Both the position numbers and the translations under genes were made by a program. Shown here piece by piece: positions 53,258 to 63,468 of a stretch of DNA of 64,000 bases; within the stretch, counting starts at the first letter, position 1; each line of letters starts with the position of its first letter. The DNA is from Christensenella sp. UBA2853 (GTDB taxonomy: Bacteria; Bacillota; Clostridia; Christensenellales; Aristaeellaceae): assembly GCA_002350845.1 (NCBI GenBank), contig DEFL01000013.1, forward strand, positions 4,430 through 68,429, in the 5' to 3' direction. The notes beneath the pieces were generated by a model. The model ran no database searches and was not told the DNA's origin. It saw only the letters and a program-made list of their open reading frames with translations.

Positions 53258-55446
53258 GATCGATCATCTCCTCTGGGCCTGGGCCCCTTATATTCCATGC
53301 AGAGCATTGTCAGATCATCAAACTGCTCTTCGCTCTGAACAAACCCATCCACGGCATTTCTGACATTCCCCAGCGCCTGCTGCGGCGATGCTTTCGGATC
53401 TTCATTGAGTGCCTCCAGAATGCGTTTCATGCCGAAAAGCTCATGATTCTTATTGGTTGCTTCGGTCACACCATCTGTATAAACAAACAGCTTGGTCCCG
53501 GGCTCGAGCCGGACCTCATACTCGCTGTAGGTCAGATGTTCCAGCCCGCCCAGAATAAAACCGTGCTTATCCTTGAACACTTCAAACTGTCCGTTCGGAC
53601 GCATGATCATCGGATATTCGTGTCCTGCATTTGCAGCAATCATTTTTCCGGTGGAAAGCTCGACAATGCCAACCCATACCGTGACAAACATCTGCGCCTC
53701 GTTATTGGAACAGATCGCGTCATTGGTATTCTTCAGAATCTCTGCGGGTGAATATCCAAGCATGGCACTGCTCTGCAGGATGATCTTGGATGCCATCATA
53801 AACAGAGCAGCCGGCACACCCTTGCCGGATACATCGGCAATCGTCATGCATAAATGGTCTTCGTCAATGAGGAAGTAATCGTAGAAGTCCCCACCCACTT
53901 CCCTGGCAGGTGCCATCGTGGCAAAGACATCAAAATCCGGACGGTCCGGGAATGCCGGGAAAATGTGCGGAAGCATGGCGGCCTGGATTTTTCTTGCAAG
54001 CGACAGCTCAGAGCTTATTCTTTCCTTCTCCGCCGTCACAGTCTGGACTTCCTCCAGGTATTCAATCGTTTTGTGGGAAATCGAAGCGAAGGATTCCGCA
54101 AGCACCTGGATCTCGTCGCCTGTGCGGAATGTGTCCTCCATCCTGAATTCCAAATTGTCTTCATTCAGCTCTGAAATCCGCTCTGTGATCGTGTTGATCG
54201 GCTTGACGATCCTTTTTCCAAGTATAAGCGCGCCGGCCAGCATCAGCGCCATAATGGCCAGAAGAAGAACCAGCGTTGAACCTCTGGCTTTCTGCAGCTT
54301 ATCCTGGTAAACCCCTGTGGCTTCCTGCTCAATCTGAACATGACGTTCCTGAAGGACTTTCGTTGTCTGCCCGGCCACCTCAACGCTGCACACTGACAGG
54401 AGTTCCCATCCAACGGTGCTCATCGGGCCGCCAATCATGTAATACGGTTCACCGTTCAGGCTCACCGTCCGCATGCTGGTCAACCCATGCATCGCATCGT
54501 TGACAATGGATGCCAGTTCTGCGTTGCCAGAAGACCGAAGATCGTGTGATTCATTTCCCGAGAGGACTGCAAAGATTCCATCGGTCATGGGAGAAAACAC
54601 CACATGACCGTTCTGATTGATGACCACCAGATAGGTGCCGGAATCATCGGAAGCCTGAACCGCATCACGCATTGCGGTCAGAAAGAGATCAGATCCAACA
54701 ACAGCGGCCAGTTCACCGTTCACATATACAGGCATGGAGCACACAACCCCGATATCACCGGTAAATGCATCGGTTTCCACGTCTGTGAAGGCAATCCCGC
54801 CTTTTTCAACAGCCAGCTGATACCATGGACGTGTGCGCGGATCATATCCGATCGGGGTGCCATTCGCATCAAACTTTGCTTCCGGCCGGTCGTCTGTCAC
54901 TAGGAACACACCGTCAGGGAGGGCGATAAAGCATGAATTGGTCTGTTCTGAGACACCATACAGCGAATTCATCAGGTCTGTCATGTTTGCGATCAGACCG
55001 ATGCGGTCCGCAAGTTCTGTGTTCCTGATGTCAACACCTTCAGCCACAATCAGCTGTGCAGCGATCTCTCCTTCCCTCGTCGGGTCAGGTGCCGCATAGG
55101 TGCCTCTGGGATACTGATCCGGATCCGACAGGAGTTTTGTTGCATACTCACCGAGCATCTGCACCCGTGTCTGGAGTCCATGGAACATTTCATCGGCCAG
55201 ATAGGATTCCAGCTCCGTTGCGCGTCCCATGGACTGCTCGACCACGGTCTTCATCACCGAATCCGTAATGTCACTGATGGCGGTCTTCTGTTTTTCGCCT
55301 GATTCTGCTGCCAGGTTCGCAAGCATATTGTTATGATAGACGGACACCGCTGTGAACGCCGCTGTGAGGAGAATCACAGTCACTAGAATCAGATTAAAAA
55401 CCTTGCTTTGTATACCACCAATCACCAGGTTTTTAACACGTCTCAT
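53254..55446 (-). CDS. Membrane sensor PP2C phosphatase (Cache-like extracytoplasmic domain, HAMP, SpoIIE/PP2C), 730 aa
   Basis: TM, a 330-aa sensor domain, TM, HAMP, then AREVGGDFYDY, IADVSGKGVPAALFMM, DGVTEA and FDDLT. Confidence 0.9.
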   Translation of the reverse strand: MRRVKNLVIGGIQSKVFNLILVTVILLTAAFTAVSVYHNNMLANLAAESGEKQKTAISDITDSVMKTVVEQSMGRATELESYLADEMFHGLQTRVQMLGEYATKLLSDPDQYPRGTYAAPDPTREGEIAAQLIVAEGVDIRNTELADRIGLIANMTDLMNSLYGVSEQTNSCFIALPDGVFLVTDDRPEAKFDANGTPIGYDPRTRPWYQLAVEKGGIAFTDVETDAFTGDIGVVCSMPVYVNGELAAVVGSDLFLTAMRDAVQASDDSGTYLVVINQNGHVVFSPMTDGIFAVLSGNESHDLRSSGNAELASIVNDAMHGLTSMRTVSLNGEPYYMIGGPMSTVGWELLSVCSVEVAGQTTKVLQERHVQIEQEATGVYQDKLQKARGSTLVLLLAIMALMLAGALILGKRIVKPINTITERISELNEDNLEFRMEDTFRTGDEIQVLAESFASISHKTIEYLEEVQTVTAEKERISSELSLARKIQAAMLPHIFPAFPDRPDFDVFATMAPAREVGGDFYDYFLIDEDHLCMTIADVSGKGVPAALFMMASKIILQSSAMLGYSPAEILKNTNDAICSNNEAQMFVTVWVGIVELSTGKMIAANAGHEYPMIMRPNGQFEVFKDKHGFILGGLEHLTYSEYEVRLEPGTKLFVYTDGVTEATNKNHELFGMKRILEALNEDPKASPQQALGNVRNAVDGFVQSEEQFDDLTMLCMEYKGPRPRGDDRS

Positions 55447-55695
55447 GTCAAAATCCCTTTCATACGAATCATTTTCATTTCTGACGTTTCACCAGCCTTC
55501 CATCCGCACAGGCATATATCGGACGTGCTTTAAAAACTTATGCTGTCCGGCCGTCTGCCGCGAGGGATACGTGATGGTTTTCTATCTGCAGGTTCGCGTT
55601 CTATTTTGCAATATTCTTCCACGGAAATCAACACTGAAGCCTGTGCGGCAGCAGGTTTATTCCGTATCCAAAGCGCCATGCACGCCGAAAGGTGT

Positions 55696-57549
55696 TCACT
55701 TCTGATAGTCAAGCAGCAGCCAGAGGAAGCTTCCGCTTTCCATGCGGATATACTCGGCTGATTTCTCTGTCCCGTCCATCAGATCCGTATAGCGCTCATT
55801 CTCATGCATCCAGACAGACTGGGTCATATCACTGAAATTGAACAGCGCCAGCAGTTTCTGTCCCTGATAATACCTTCCAATCCCCAGGACATGATCGTTG
55901 CCGGTCTCCAGAAGCCACGTGTCTGCAGCAGCATCAAACACCGGATACTCCCCATAACATTTCTCCAGCGCTTTGATGCCGTCAAATACGGCTTTGATAT
56001 GACTTCCTTCTTCTGTTCTCTTCTCCGCGCGCACCCAGTCCATATTTCCGCGGTGCAGATAACGGCTGTCATCCGCCTTCAGGGGATCCTGATGATAGGC
56101 TGAATCATTCTCCTGGGCCACTTCATCCCCGCTGTACAGCACCGGAACGCCGCTGAGGGTGAACATGAATGCATGCAGCATCAGATCACTTCTGACAGCT
56201 TTTTCCATTGCTTTGGGATCATCCGCTTCCCGTGCACTCTGTATGCCGCAAAGGGACGCAGTTGTTCCACAGAGTCTTGCATCACCCAGTCTCGGATCAT
56301 CATTGTAGAGTTCTCCGCGTGAGGGACTGCCCTTCCATTTTCCGGTAAAGTAGTCATTGAGGTATTTCTTGTGCGGGACTTCCTGCTGTCCAAACTGGGC
56401 CAGAAAATCATAGTCCAGGCCCCAGCCGATGTCATCATGACAGCGCAGGTAGTTGAGGAAGGTGTATTCCCTGGGCAGGGCAAAGACCTGAGCAAGCTGA
56501 TGCTTTAACAGCCGCACATCCTGCGTGGCCACTGTGTGCCAGATGGATGCCATCGTTGTAACGTTGTACAGCATATGGCATTCCGGTTTTTCCACGGTGC
56601 CGAAATACGGCACCACCTTGCTCGGCTCCATCACCACTTCGCCCAGAAGCAGCGTGCCCGGGCAGACGATCTCGCAGACCATCCGCATCATACGGACAAG
56701 CGTATGGACCTGAGGCAGGTTTCTGCATGTTGTTCCAAGGGCTTTCCAGATATACGGCGTTGCGTCCAGACGGATCACGTCAATCCCGTGATTGCACAGG
56801 TTCAGCATGCAGTCCGTCATATCATTGAAAACCACGGGATTCGCATAATTGAGATCCCACTGATATGGGTAGAAGGTGGTCATGACGATTTTTCCTGCTT
56901 CCGGACACCAGGTAAAGTTGCCGGGCGCAGTGGTCGGGAACACCTGAGGGACTGTCTGCTCATAGGCATTGGGGATATCCCAGGAGTCATAGAAGAAATA
57001 GCGGTCCTGATACTCCTTTTCTCCGGCTCTTGCGCGCTTTGCCCATTCGTGGTCTTCACTCGTATGATTCATCACAAAGTCAAGACAGACGGCAATTCCC
57101 CGCTGATGACATTCTTCAGTCAGTTCCGCGAGGTCCTCCATGGTGCCCAGTTCAGGCTGCACTTTTCGGAAATCACTGACCGCGTATCCTCCGTCGCTGC
57201 GTCCCTTGGGGCTTTCCAGAAGCGGCATGAGATGCAGATAATTGACGCCGCAGGATTCAATATAGGGCAGCTTTTCTCTCACGCCGGCCAGCGTCCCTGC
57301 AAACGCATTGACATACACCAGCATGCCAACCAGCTCGTGCCCTTTGTACCAGGCAGGATGCTTTTCTCTCTGACGATCGATAGCCTTGAGTGATTCAGGA
57401 CGTTCTTCCCACGCACGATACAGCATACTGACAAAATAATCGTATGCCTGCAGATCATTATGATAGATTTCGCAAAAAAGCCATTTCAGCTCTTCCTCAT
57501 GTCGTCTGAACCGAACGGCAAATTCCTTTTTCCACTCGCTGGCATTCAT
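55696..57549 (-). CDS. Amylosucrase-like GH13 alpha-glucan-forming enzyme, about 617 aa
   Basis: Close by-eye match to amylosucrase blocks: NYLHLMPLLESPKGRSDGGYAVSDFR, DFVMNHTSEDHEWA, IRLDA; ATG at 57549 after AGGGAG. Confidence 0.8.
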   Translation of the reverse strand: MNASEWKKEFAVRFRRHEEELKWLFCEIYHNDLQAYDYFVSMLYRAWEERPESLKAIDRQREKHPAWYKGHELVGMLVYVNAFAGTLAGVREKLPYIESCGVNYLHLMPLLESPKGRSDGGYAVSDFRKVQPELGTMEDLAELTEECHQRGIAVCLDFVMNHTSEDHEWAKRARAGEKEYQDRYFFYDSWDIPNAYEQTVPQVFPTTAPGNFTWCPEAGKIVMTTFYPYQWDLNYANPVVFNDMTDCMLNLCNHGIDVIRLDATPYIWKALGTTCRNLPQVHTLVRMMRMVCEIVCPGTLLLGEVVMEPSKVVPYFGTVEKPECHMLYNVTTMASIWHTVATQDVRLLKHQLAQVFALPREYTFLNYLRCHDDIGWGLDYDFLAQFGQQEVPHKKYLNDYFTGKWKGSPSRGELYNDDPRLGDARLCGTTASLCGIQSAREADDPKAMEKAVRSDLMLHAFMFTLSGVPVLYSGDEVAQENDSAYHQDPLKADDSRYLHRGNMDWVRAEKRTEEGSHIKAVFDGIKALEKCYGEYPVFDAAADTWLLETGNDHVLGIGRYYQGQKLLALFNFSDMTQSVWMHENERYTDLMDGTEKSAEYIRMESGSFLWLLLDYQK

Positions 57550-57742
57550 GATCAAAACACTCCCTAATGCTATTGCAGGCATTCACGACCGTCAATGCTT
57601 GACTGTGTTTCATTATAGCACGCCACGCAAAGCGCATACAAGCATTACTGCATGTCTCAAGAGAAATTCGCAAGGGCCCTCAGCAGCCTCTGAAATCGGT
57701 TTTTGGTTCGACAAATTCAACCCATGAGACACAAGTGCATGA

Positions 57743-57809
57743 TGACGCCACCCTATCCCTTGTGCTATAATCATTTTATATTGACACCGGAAGAATACCT
57801 TCATATGAT
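57743..57809 (+). promoter_or_regulatory. Two tandem sigma-A-like promoters upstream of the ParB-like/HAD genes
   Basis: TGACGC-17-TGcTATAAT (57743-57771) and TTGACA-17-TATGAT (57781-57809). Confidence 0.4.
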
Positions 57810-57845
57810 GAATTTCAGGAACACAGATTCAGGAGGAATGGATTC

Positions 57846-58721
57846 ATGGGATATGTATCCCCCGCATTCAAAGAAGAAATCACGGATGCAATGAATTGCT
57901 ATACGCCTTTCACCAAGCCTGTCAAGTCATCTCTTTTGAGGCGTCTGCTGGTGATTTCCGCACCGGTCACCAGCCTTCATCCCAATCCTGAGGATGAATT
58001 CACCGATCCCAATATCGGGCCCGATGAAGAGATTGTCAACGATTACGCAAAGAAAATCTCTTACAGCAGAAGCATGCTGAATCCGCTGCCCATGAAACCG
58101 CTGATTGTTGAAAGGATTTCAACCGGCGGGTATATGATTCTCAACGGGCATCACCGCTGGCTGGCCGCCAAGCGCCAGGGGGTCAAAAAACTCCCGATCA
58201 TGATTGTCAATGCGACCCATGAAGATGATGTTCTCAACAGAATGAAGGAACTGGAAAACAGCATGTGTGTTTCGTTCGACCTGGATGAAGTGCTGCTCTG
58301 CCCGGACGCCTCCGTCCCGCTCGACCACCTGTCCTTTCCCAGGAACCTTCTGTATAAATGGCCGGTCCGCAAAGATGCCGGTTCTCTGCTCAGTGAGCTG
58401 CGCAGACTTGGTTTCGATGTGTGGGTATATACCGGAAACTACAAAGCGCCCGAATTGATTCAGAAGACGCTCAAAGCCCACGGCGGCATGGCGGACGGTA
58501 TCATCAGCGGCATGAATCTGGCAAAATCCAACACCACACTGAAGACTGCTTTCACTCAGAAATACAACACCATTCTTCATGTTGACAGTGAACGCATTCT
58601 CTGGGTACATCCTGCCACAAAAGAGTTTGACAGTCTGGAGCTGTCCAGGGATGCAGACTGGGCCAATGACGCGATCAGCAAAATCCAGAAGAAGCTTTCC
58701 GAAGAAAAGTCCAATTCGTAA
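57846..58721 (+). CDS. ParB/sulfiredoxin-like N-terminal domain fused to a HAD-like domain, 291 aa
   Basis: LHPNPEDEF...ILNGHHRWLAAKRQG (ParB/Srx fold motif); C-terminal FDLDEVL (HAD motif I-like); CAGGAGGAA RBS. Confidence 0.6.
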   Translation: MGYVSPAFKEEITDAMNCYTPFTKPVKSSLLRRLLVISAPVTSLHPNPEDEFTDPNIGPDEEIVNDYAKKISYSRSMLNPLPMKPLIVERISTGGYMILNGHHRWLAAKRQGVKKLPIMIVNATHEDDVLNRMKELENSMCVSFDLDEVLLCPDASVPLDHLSFPRNLLYKWPVRKDAGSLLSELRRLGFDVWVYTGNYKAPELIQKTLKAHGGMADGIISGMNLAKSNTTLKTAFTQKYNTILHVDSERILWVHPATKEFDSLELSRDADWANDAISKIQKKLSEEKSNS

Positions 58722-58747
58722 ATTATATCAAACAGAGGTGGTTGTCC

Positions 58748-59269
58748 ATGCCGGGAAAAAAGCTGCCGCCCGAAAGGAAGATGCGCATTTCCTTTGATCT
58801 GGATGAAGTACTCTTTGTTTCTCCTTTGAATCACAAGACTGAGCCTCCACTCAGGTTTCCTCTGAACAGAATCTATAAGGAGAGGCTCCGCCTCGGCACG
58901 CCCAAGCTGATTCATGATCTGCAAAAACTGGATTATGAAGTCTGGGTCTATACGTCTTCCTTCCGAACCGAGTCATATATCAAAGGCCTGTTCAGGCACT
59001 ATGGAGTCAAGTTTGACGGCATTATAAATGCGCAGCGGCACCTTGCAGAGGTGCAGGGACACAGAAAAGACAGCATGCCCCAGAAAGTTCCGACCCATTA
59101 CAGGATTTCACTGCATGTCGATGATGAATCCGTGGTCGTGACCTATGGCAAAATTTATGGCTTCGATGTGTATCAGCTCGATGCACAGGACGATGACTGG
59201 GCGGAAAAAATCATTGAGCGCGCAAAGCAAGTCAGGGAAAAACAGGAACTGAAGGGTGCCCTCAGTTGA
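58748..59269 (+). CDS. HAD-like protein, paralog of the C-terminal half of the upstream gene, about 173 aa
   Basis: ISFDLDEVLF, VWVYTSS and LHVDDE parallel VSFDLDEVLL, VWVYTGN and LHVDSE in the upstream protein; AGAGGTGG RBS. Confidence 0.6.
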   Translation: MPGKKLPPERKMRISFDLDEVLFVSPLNHKTEPPLRFPLNRIYKERLRLGTPKLIHDLQKLDYEVWVYTSSFRTESYIKGLFRHYGVKFDGIINAQRHLAEVQGHRKDSMPQKVPTHYRISLHVDDESVVVTYGKIYGFDVYQLDAQDDDWAEKIIERAKQVREKQELKGALS

Positions 59270-59302
59270 GGCTCGCCTCCCTGTACTGTTGAATTCGAAA
59301 TC

Positions 59303-59355
59303 AACAGGTTTTCTCCGAATCATCCACCTCCGGGGAAAACCTGTTTTCTTTTTTC
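59303..59355 (+). terminator. Intrinsic terminator of the ParB-like/HAD operon
   Basis: AACAGGTTTTCTCC-n16-GGGGAAAACCTGTT followed by TTCTTTTTT. Confidence 0.85.
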
Positions 59356-59398
59356 CTTGGCCCAGTCCCGCATGCGGGAACGCTGCTTTTTCTGTGCC

Positions 59399-59428
59399 TT
59401 GTCACGATGCAGAAAACCATGCTACAAT
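59399..59428 (+). promoter_or_regulatory. Sigma-A-like promoter of the C69 dipeptidase gene
   Basis: -35 TTGTCA, 18-nt spacer, extended -10 TGcTACAAT. Confidence 0.5.
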
Positions 59429-59488
59429 GCTCTGGATCACATTTCCCGAACGATAAACCGAGGCACACCGCCTGAAGGAGGAACTCAG

Positions 59489-60952
59489 ATGCCCTGTACC
59501 ACTGTGCTGGTCGGCAAGAACGCCACCAATGACCATTCCACCATGATTGCCCGCACGGATGACGGCTTCTTTGATGTCAAAAAACTGATCGTCGTTGAAC
59601 CGAAAGATCAGCCACGCAAATATAAAAGTGTTCTTTCCCACGTAGAAATAGAACTCCCCGATCATCCCATGCGCTACACTTCCTGTCCGAGCGTTGACAA
59701 AAAAAGCGGGATCTGGGCTGCAACCGGTATCAATGAAGCGCAGGTCGGCATGACCGCAACGGAAACCATCACCTCCAACCCCCGGGTGCTCTCCGCAGAC
59801 CCGCTTGTTGAATACAGGAAAGCAGAGAAGCGCGGCGAGAAAGACACGATCGGCGGCATTGGAGAAGAAGACATTGTCGTTCTTGTCCTTCCCTATATCC
59901 GCACTGCACGGGAAGGTGTTCTCCGTCTGGCCCAGCTGCTGGAGACCTACGGCACGTATGAATCCAACGGCATCGCCTTCAACGATGAAGATGAAGTCTG
60001 GTGGATGGAAACCATTGGCGGACATCACTGGATGGCGCGCAGAGTGCCGGATGACTGCTGTGTGATCGCACCGAATCAGTTCGGCATGGACAGTTTTGAC
60101 ATGGAGGATGCTTTCACAGAGCAGAAGGCCCATCTGTGCTCGAAGGACCTGAAAGACTTCATTCGGGACAACCATCTCGACCTCAATCAGAGCGGCCGCA
60201 TGAATCCCCGGGATATTTTCGGTTCACACACGGATATGGATCACATCTACAATACGCCGCGCGCCTGGTTTATGGGAAGGTACCTCACACCGACCACCCA
60301 TACATGGGACGGCCCGAACGCCGAATTCACGCCCGAATCCGACCGGATTCCCTGGGCGCTTGTTCCGGAACGCAAACTGGCTGTTGAAGATGTGCGCTAT
60401 CTGCTTTCCGGACATTTCCAGGGTACGCCGTATAATCCGTACACTTCTCAGGATACCGGCAAACGTGGAATGTACCGTTCCATCGGCATTAACCGCACCG
60501 GTGTCACCTCAATCTGTCAGATCCGCAGCCATGTGCCTGAGGCTATCCGTGGTATTGAATGGATCTGCTTCGGATCCACTGCATTCAGCTCCATGCTCCC
60601 GGTTTATCCCAATGTTCCTTCCATGCCTGCTTACCTGAGCCGCGTCACGCTGGATATGTCCACGGAAAACTTCTACTGGTCCAGCCGTCTCATTGATACG
60701 CTGGTCGATCACGACTATGCCAGCTGCATCCAGCTGGTGAACCGCTATCATAACGCCATGTTCACAGAAGGACGGAAACTGGTTCGGGAATATGATGCGC
60801 GCTACACAGACAGCGGGGATCTTTCCGTTCTCCAGAAGGCCAATGATGCGCTCTGTGCCATGGCCAAGAAAGAAACGGTCTCTGTCATGAACAAGCTCAT
60901 GCTGGAATCCAGCAAGCATATGAAAAACGGCTTTAATCTGGCAGACAACTGA
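59489..60952 (+). CDS. C69 family dipeptidase, about 487 aa
   Basis: N-terminal MPCTTVLVGKNATNDHSTMIARTDD (Cys nucleophile at position 3, typical of C69); GAAGGAGGA RBS. Confidence 0.85.
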   Translation: MPCTTVLVGKNATNDHSTMIARTDDGFFDVKKLIVVEPKDQPRKYKSVLSHVEIELPDHPMRYTSCPSVDKKSGIWAATGINEAQVGMTATETITSNPRVLSADPLVEYRKAEKRGEKDTIGGIGEEDIVVLVLPYIRTAREGVLRLAQLLETYGTYESNGIAFNDEDEVWWMETIGGHHWMARRVPDDCCVIAPNQFGMDSFDMEDAFTEQKAHLCSKDLKDFIRDNHLDLNQSGRMNPRDIFGSHTDMDHIYNTPRAWFMGRYLTPTTHTWDGPNAEFTPESDRIPWALVPERKLAVEDVRYLLSGHFQGTPYNPYTSQDTGKRGMYRSIGINRTGVTSICQIRSHVPEAIRGIEWICFGSTAFSSMLPVYPNVPSMPAYLSRVTLDMSTENFYWSSRLIDTLVDHDYASCIQLVNRYHNAMFTEGRKLVREYDARYTDSGDLSVLQKANDALCAMAKKETVSVMNKLMLESSKHMKNGFNLADN

Positions 60953-60979
60953 TCAGGCTGACCGTTGGAGGAAAACTGC

Positions 60980-61372
60980 ATGCATATTCTGGATCTTGCC
61001 ATTGAGGTGACCGGTGTTCAGGAAGTCCGGTCCACGCGCGGTACTGCCCGCATGATTCTCTTCGGCGGGACCTGCTCCGGCGAATACTTTCAGGGTGTGA
61101 TTGAGCCCGGCGGCGTCGATACACAGTTTCTGAACAGCGACGGAAGTGGAACACTTTCCGCCCGCTATACGCTGAGTGGAACAGCCTGCGATGGAACAAG
61201 CGCGCGACTCTTTATTGAAAACAATGCCCGCATGGGTGAGGAAACCCATCCCCGCATCTTCACCGACAGTCCCTGCCTCGCCTTTCTCGAAACGGCAAAG
61301 CTTGTCGGACATATCCATTCCGAAAATGGTCATCTGCGCATCACCATCGATACGCTCGACGATGCACCCTGA
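60980..61372 (+). CDS. DUF3237-like small beta-barrel protein, about 130 aa
   Basis: GVIEPGGVDTQ...LSARYTL...DG..ARLFIENNA pattern resembles the DUF3237/UPF0311 family; ATG at 60980 after GGAGGA. Confidence 0.45.
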   Translation: MHILDLAIEVTGVQEVRSTRGTARMILFGGTCSGEYFQGVIEPGGVDTQFLNSDGSGTLSARYTLSGTACDGTSARLFIENNARMGEETHPRIFTDSPCLAFLETAKLVGHIHSENGHLRITIDTLDDAP

Positions 61373-61556
61373 ATGCACTGCCGAATAAAAGCGCAACAGG
61401 CACAGCCCTGCAATCCGATGCATGGCCGTGCCTGTTTTCTGATTCGTTTGCCGCCTTTTTTGCGTATGCTGAGATTCTGTACAAACACACCCTGAGTGTG
61501 TATACTGTCGATATTTCCGCTTCGGATGATCACTATTATGGCAGGAGAAAACCGGC

Positions 61557-62450
61557 ATGGGATATGTCTATCTGATGATGGTGGCGCTGTTCTTCAGTTT
61601 CGGCGGCACCTGTGTCAAAATGATCAAACCGTACTTTGATCCGTCCATGATTACGTTTATGCGCTTTTTTGTAGGCGTACTCTGGCTGCTTCTGCTGAAA
61701 GCTGTAAAGCATCAGTCTTTCCGCTCGGATTTTCGTGCATCCCTGCGTTCTCACTGGAAATGGCTGATCTTTGGCGCACTCTCCAAATTCGCGTCCTATA
61801 TGGCTGAAAATACAGCGCTGTCCATTGGGGTATCCTATGGCAATATTCTGGTTCAGCCGGTGCAGATGATCCTGATGACAGTCCTGGGGGCAACCGTGCT
61901 GCACGAAGCCATGAACCGGTATAAATGGTCCGGGGTTGTGCTCTGTGTCTCCGGCATTCTTCTGATCTCATGGAATGGCTTGTCGCTTGACGCTTTTCTT
62001 GGACAGAATCTCGCATTAACCCTTTTATATGTTCTAGCAGGCATCGGCGCAGGGCTGTTCATTTTTGCCCAGAAGAAAGTGGCTGACCATTTTGACATTC
62101 TCGACAGCAATCTGTGCATGTTTGCCATGGCCGCCGCAGTGTCTTTTCTTGTTCCCGTCTCGCAGAGCAGTGTCATTCCTTCTGCCATGCCCGATGTTCG
62201 CTGCTTCATTGCCATTCTCTTCTTCGGATTCGTCACCGGGATTGGTTTCTATCTGAACGCGAAAGCCATTCCCCTGGTCTCATTCCAGATGGTGGCTCTT
62301 CTGCAGAGTACCATGGTCTTTTTCTCTCTGGCCTGGGGTATCCTCTTCTTCCATGAATCCATCACCGGATGGATCATCGCCGGTACGCTGATGTTCGTGC
62401 TTGGCATTTTCCTCATACAGCACCGCCCGGGAAAACAGCCATCCGCATGA
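61557..62450 (+). CDS. DMT superfamily (EamA-type) transporter, 297 aa
   Basis: 10 TM helices in a two-EamA-repeat arrangement. Confidence 0.75.
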   Translation: MGYVYLMMVALFFSFGGTCVKMIKPYFDPSMITFMRFFVGVLWLLLLKAVKHQSFRSDFRASLRSHWKWLIFGALSKFASYMAENTALSIGVSYGNILVQPVQMILMTVLGATVLHEAMNRYKWSGVVLCVSGILLISWNGLSLDAFLGQNLALTLLYVLAGIGAGLFIFAQKKVADHFDILDSNLCMFAMAAAVSFLVPVSQSSVIPSAMPDVRCFIAILFFGFVTGIGFYLNAKAIPLVSFQMVALLQSTMVFFSLAWGILFFHESITGWIIAGTLMFVLGIFLIQHRPGKQPSA

Positions 62451-62504
62451 CGTTGCATTCCGCCCAATACGGTTCTTCCAGAAAAAAGTACCGGAAACTG
62501 ATAT

Positions 62505-62557
62505 GCTCCCCTCAAGCGTGACAGCAAAGAACAGCTGTCGCATGAGGGGAGCATTTT
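62505..62557 (+). terminator. Long hairpin terminator after the EamA gene
   Basis: GCTCCCCTCA...GACAGC-aaagaaca-GCTGTC...TGAGGGGAGC followed by ATTTTGG. Confidence 0.7.
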
Positions 62558-62583
62558 GGTATGCGCAGGATTGTCCTGCGTTT

Positions 62584-63468
62584 TTACTGTACGGAACTGT
62601 CTGCGCTGATTTCGCGTGTCAGAATTCCCGTCAGCTGCCTGACGCCGAACCGTTCCATAAAGAAGCTGCATTTACACATGAAAATGTAGAAAAGATTCAG
62701 GCCGCAACCGCTGAGTCCTTCATAGTTGCCCTGTCCCTTCGCAATGAGCAGGTCTGCATTTTTCACTTCTTCCATGGCTTCCGCTGAAAACCGTTCCAGA
62801 ACAGCACCCGGAATATCATTCCCGCTGCCGAGTACCTGCTGGGCAGCTTCACCCAGCCGAACCTGCGCCGCATCCTCCATGGTTGCGTCATTGGCGACCG
62901 GTGCGCCGCGGACAATGGCCGTCAGCTGCATCTCCGGGTTCAGTTTGCGGAGCGTATCCATCAGCAGTTTGTCTGTCACAATTTCGCCGCAGTTGTCTGT
63001 GATATACACAATGCGGTGCGCCCTGCTGATTTCCATCCTGAACTGTTCGAGCATTTCGGTCGAAACCGGAATCCTGTGTGCCTCCATGATCAGGTCACGC
63101 AGTTTCCCTTCATCCACATGGTCCAGAGCAACAAAGTCGATGAAATTCCCCGTCATCGCAAGCTGCACCGCCATCTCAAGCGGATCATCCGCCGTGCGCA
63201 CCCGTTCCTGCATGTCATCCCACAGTTCCATCATCAATGCATTAAAATGCGCCTTGATGGCGGTAAAATCCTTTTCCGGTCCAAACAGTCTTCGGTAGAC
63301 AGCACTGATCCGCGAAGCAGTTTCCGGTGAACTGGTCTCCCCGCTTTGATTGACAAGCTGCAGGACGGATGACTGATACTCTCTGATTCGTTCTTCCGGT
63401 GCATCTGCAGGATAAGCATTCAGCTTTCTGTCCAGCTGGCACTTCCTGCATCCGTCATTCATTTTCAT
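62584..63468 (-). CDS. DUF89 / ARMT1-like damage-control phosphatase family protein, about 294 aa
   Basis: ITDNCGEIVTDKLL and AKGQGNYEGL motifs typical of DUF89; start set at MKMNDGC (GGAG RBS). Confidence 0.6.
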   Translation of the reverse strand: MKMNDGCRKCQLDRKLNAYPADAPEERIREYQSSVLQLVNQSGETSSPETASRISAVYRRLFGPEKDFTAIKAHFNALMMELWDDMQERVRTADDPLEMAVQLAMTGNFIDFVALDHVDEGKLRDLIMEAHRIPVSTEMLEQFRMEISRAHRIVYITDNCGEIVTDKLLMDTLRKLNPEMQLTAIVRGAPVANDATMEDAAQVRLGEAAQQVLGSGNDIPGAVLERFSAEAMEEVKNADLLIAKGQGNYEGLSGCGLNLFYIFMCKCSFFMERFGVRQLTGILTREISADSSVQ

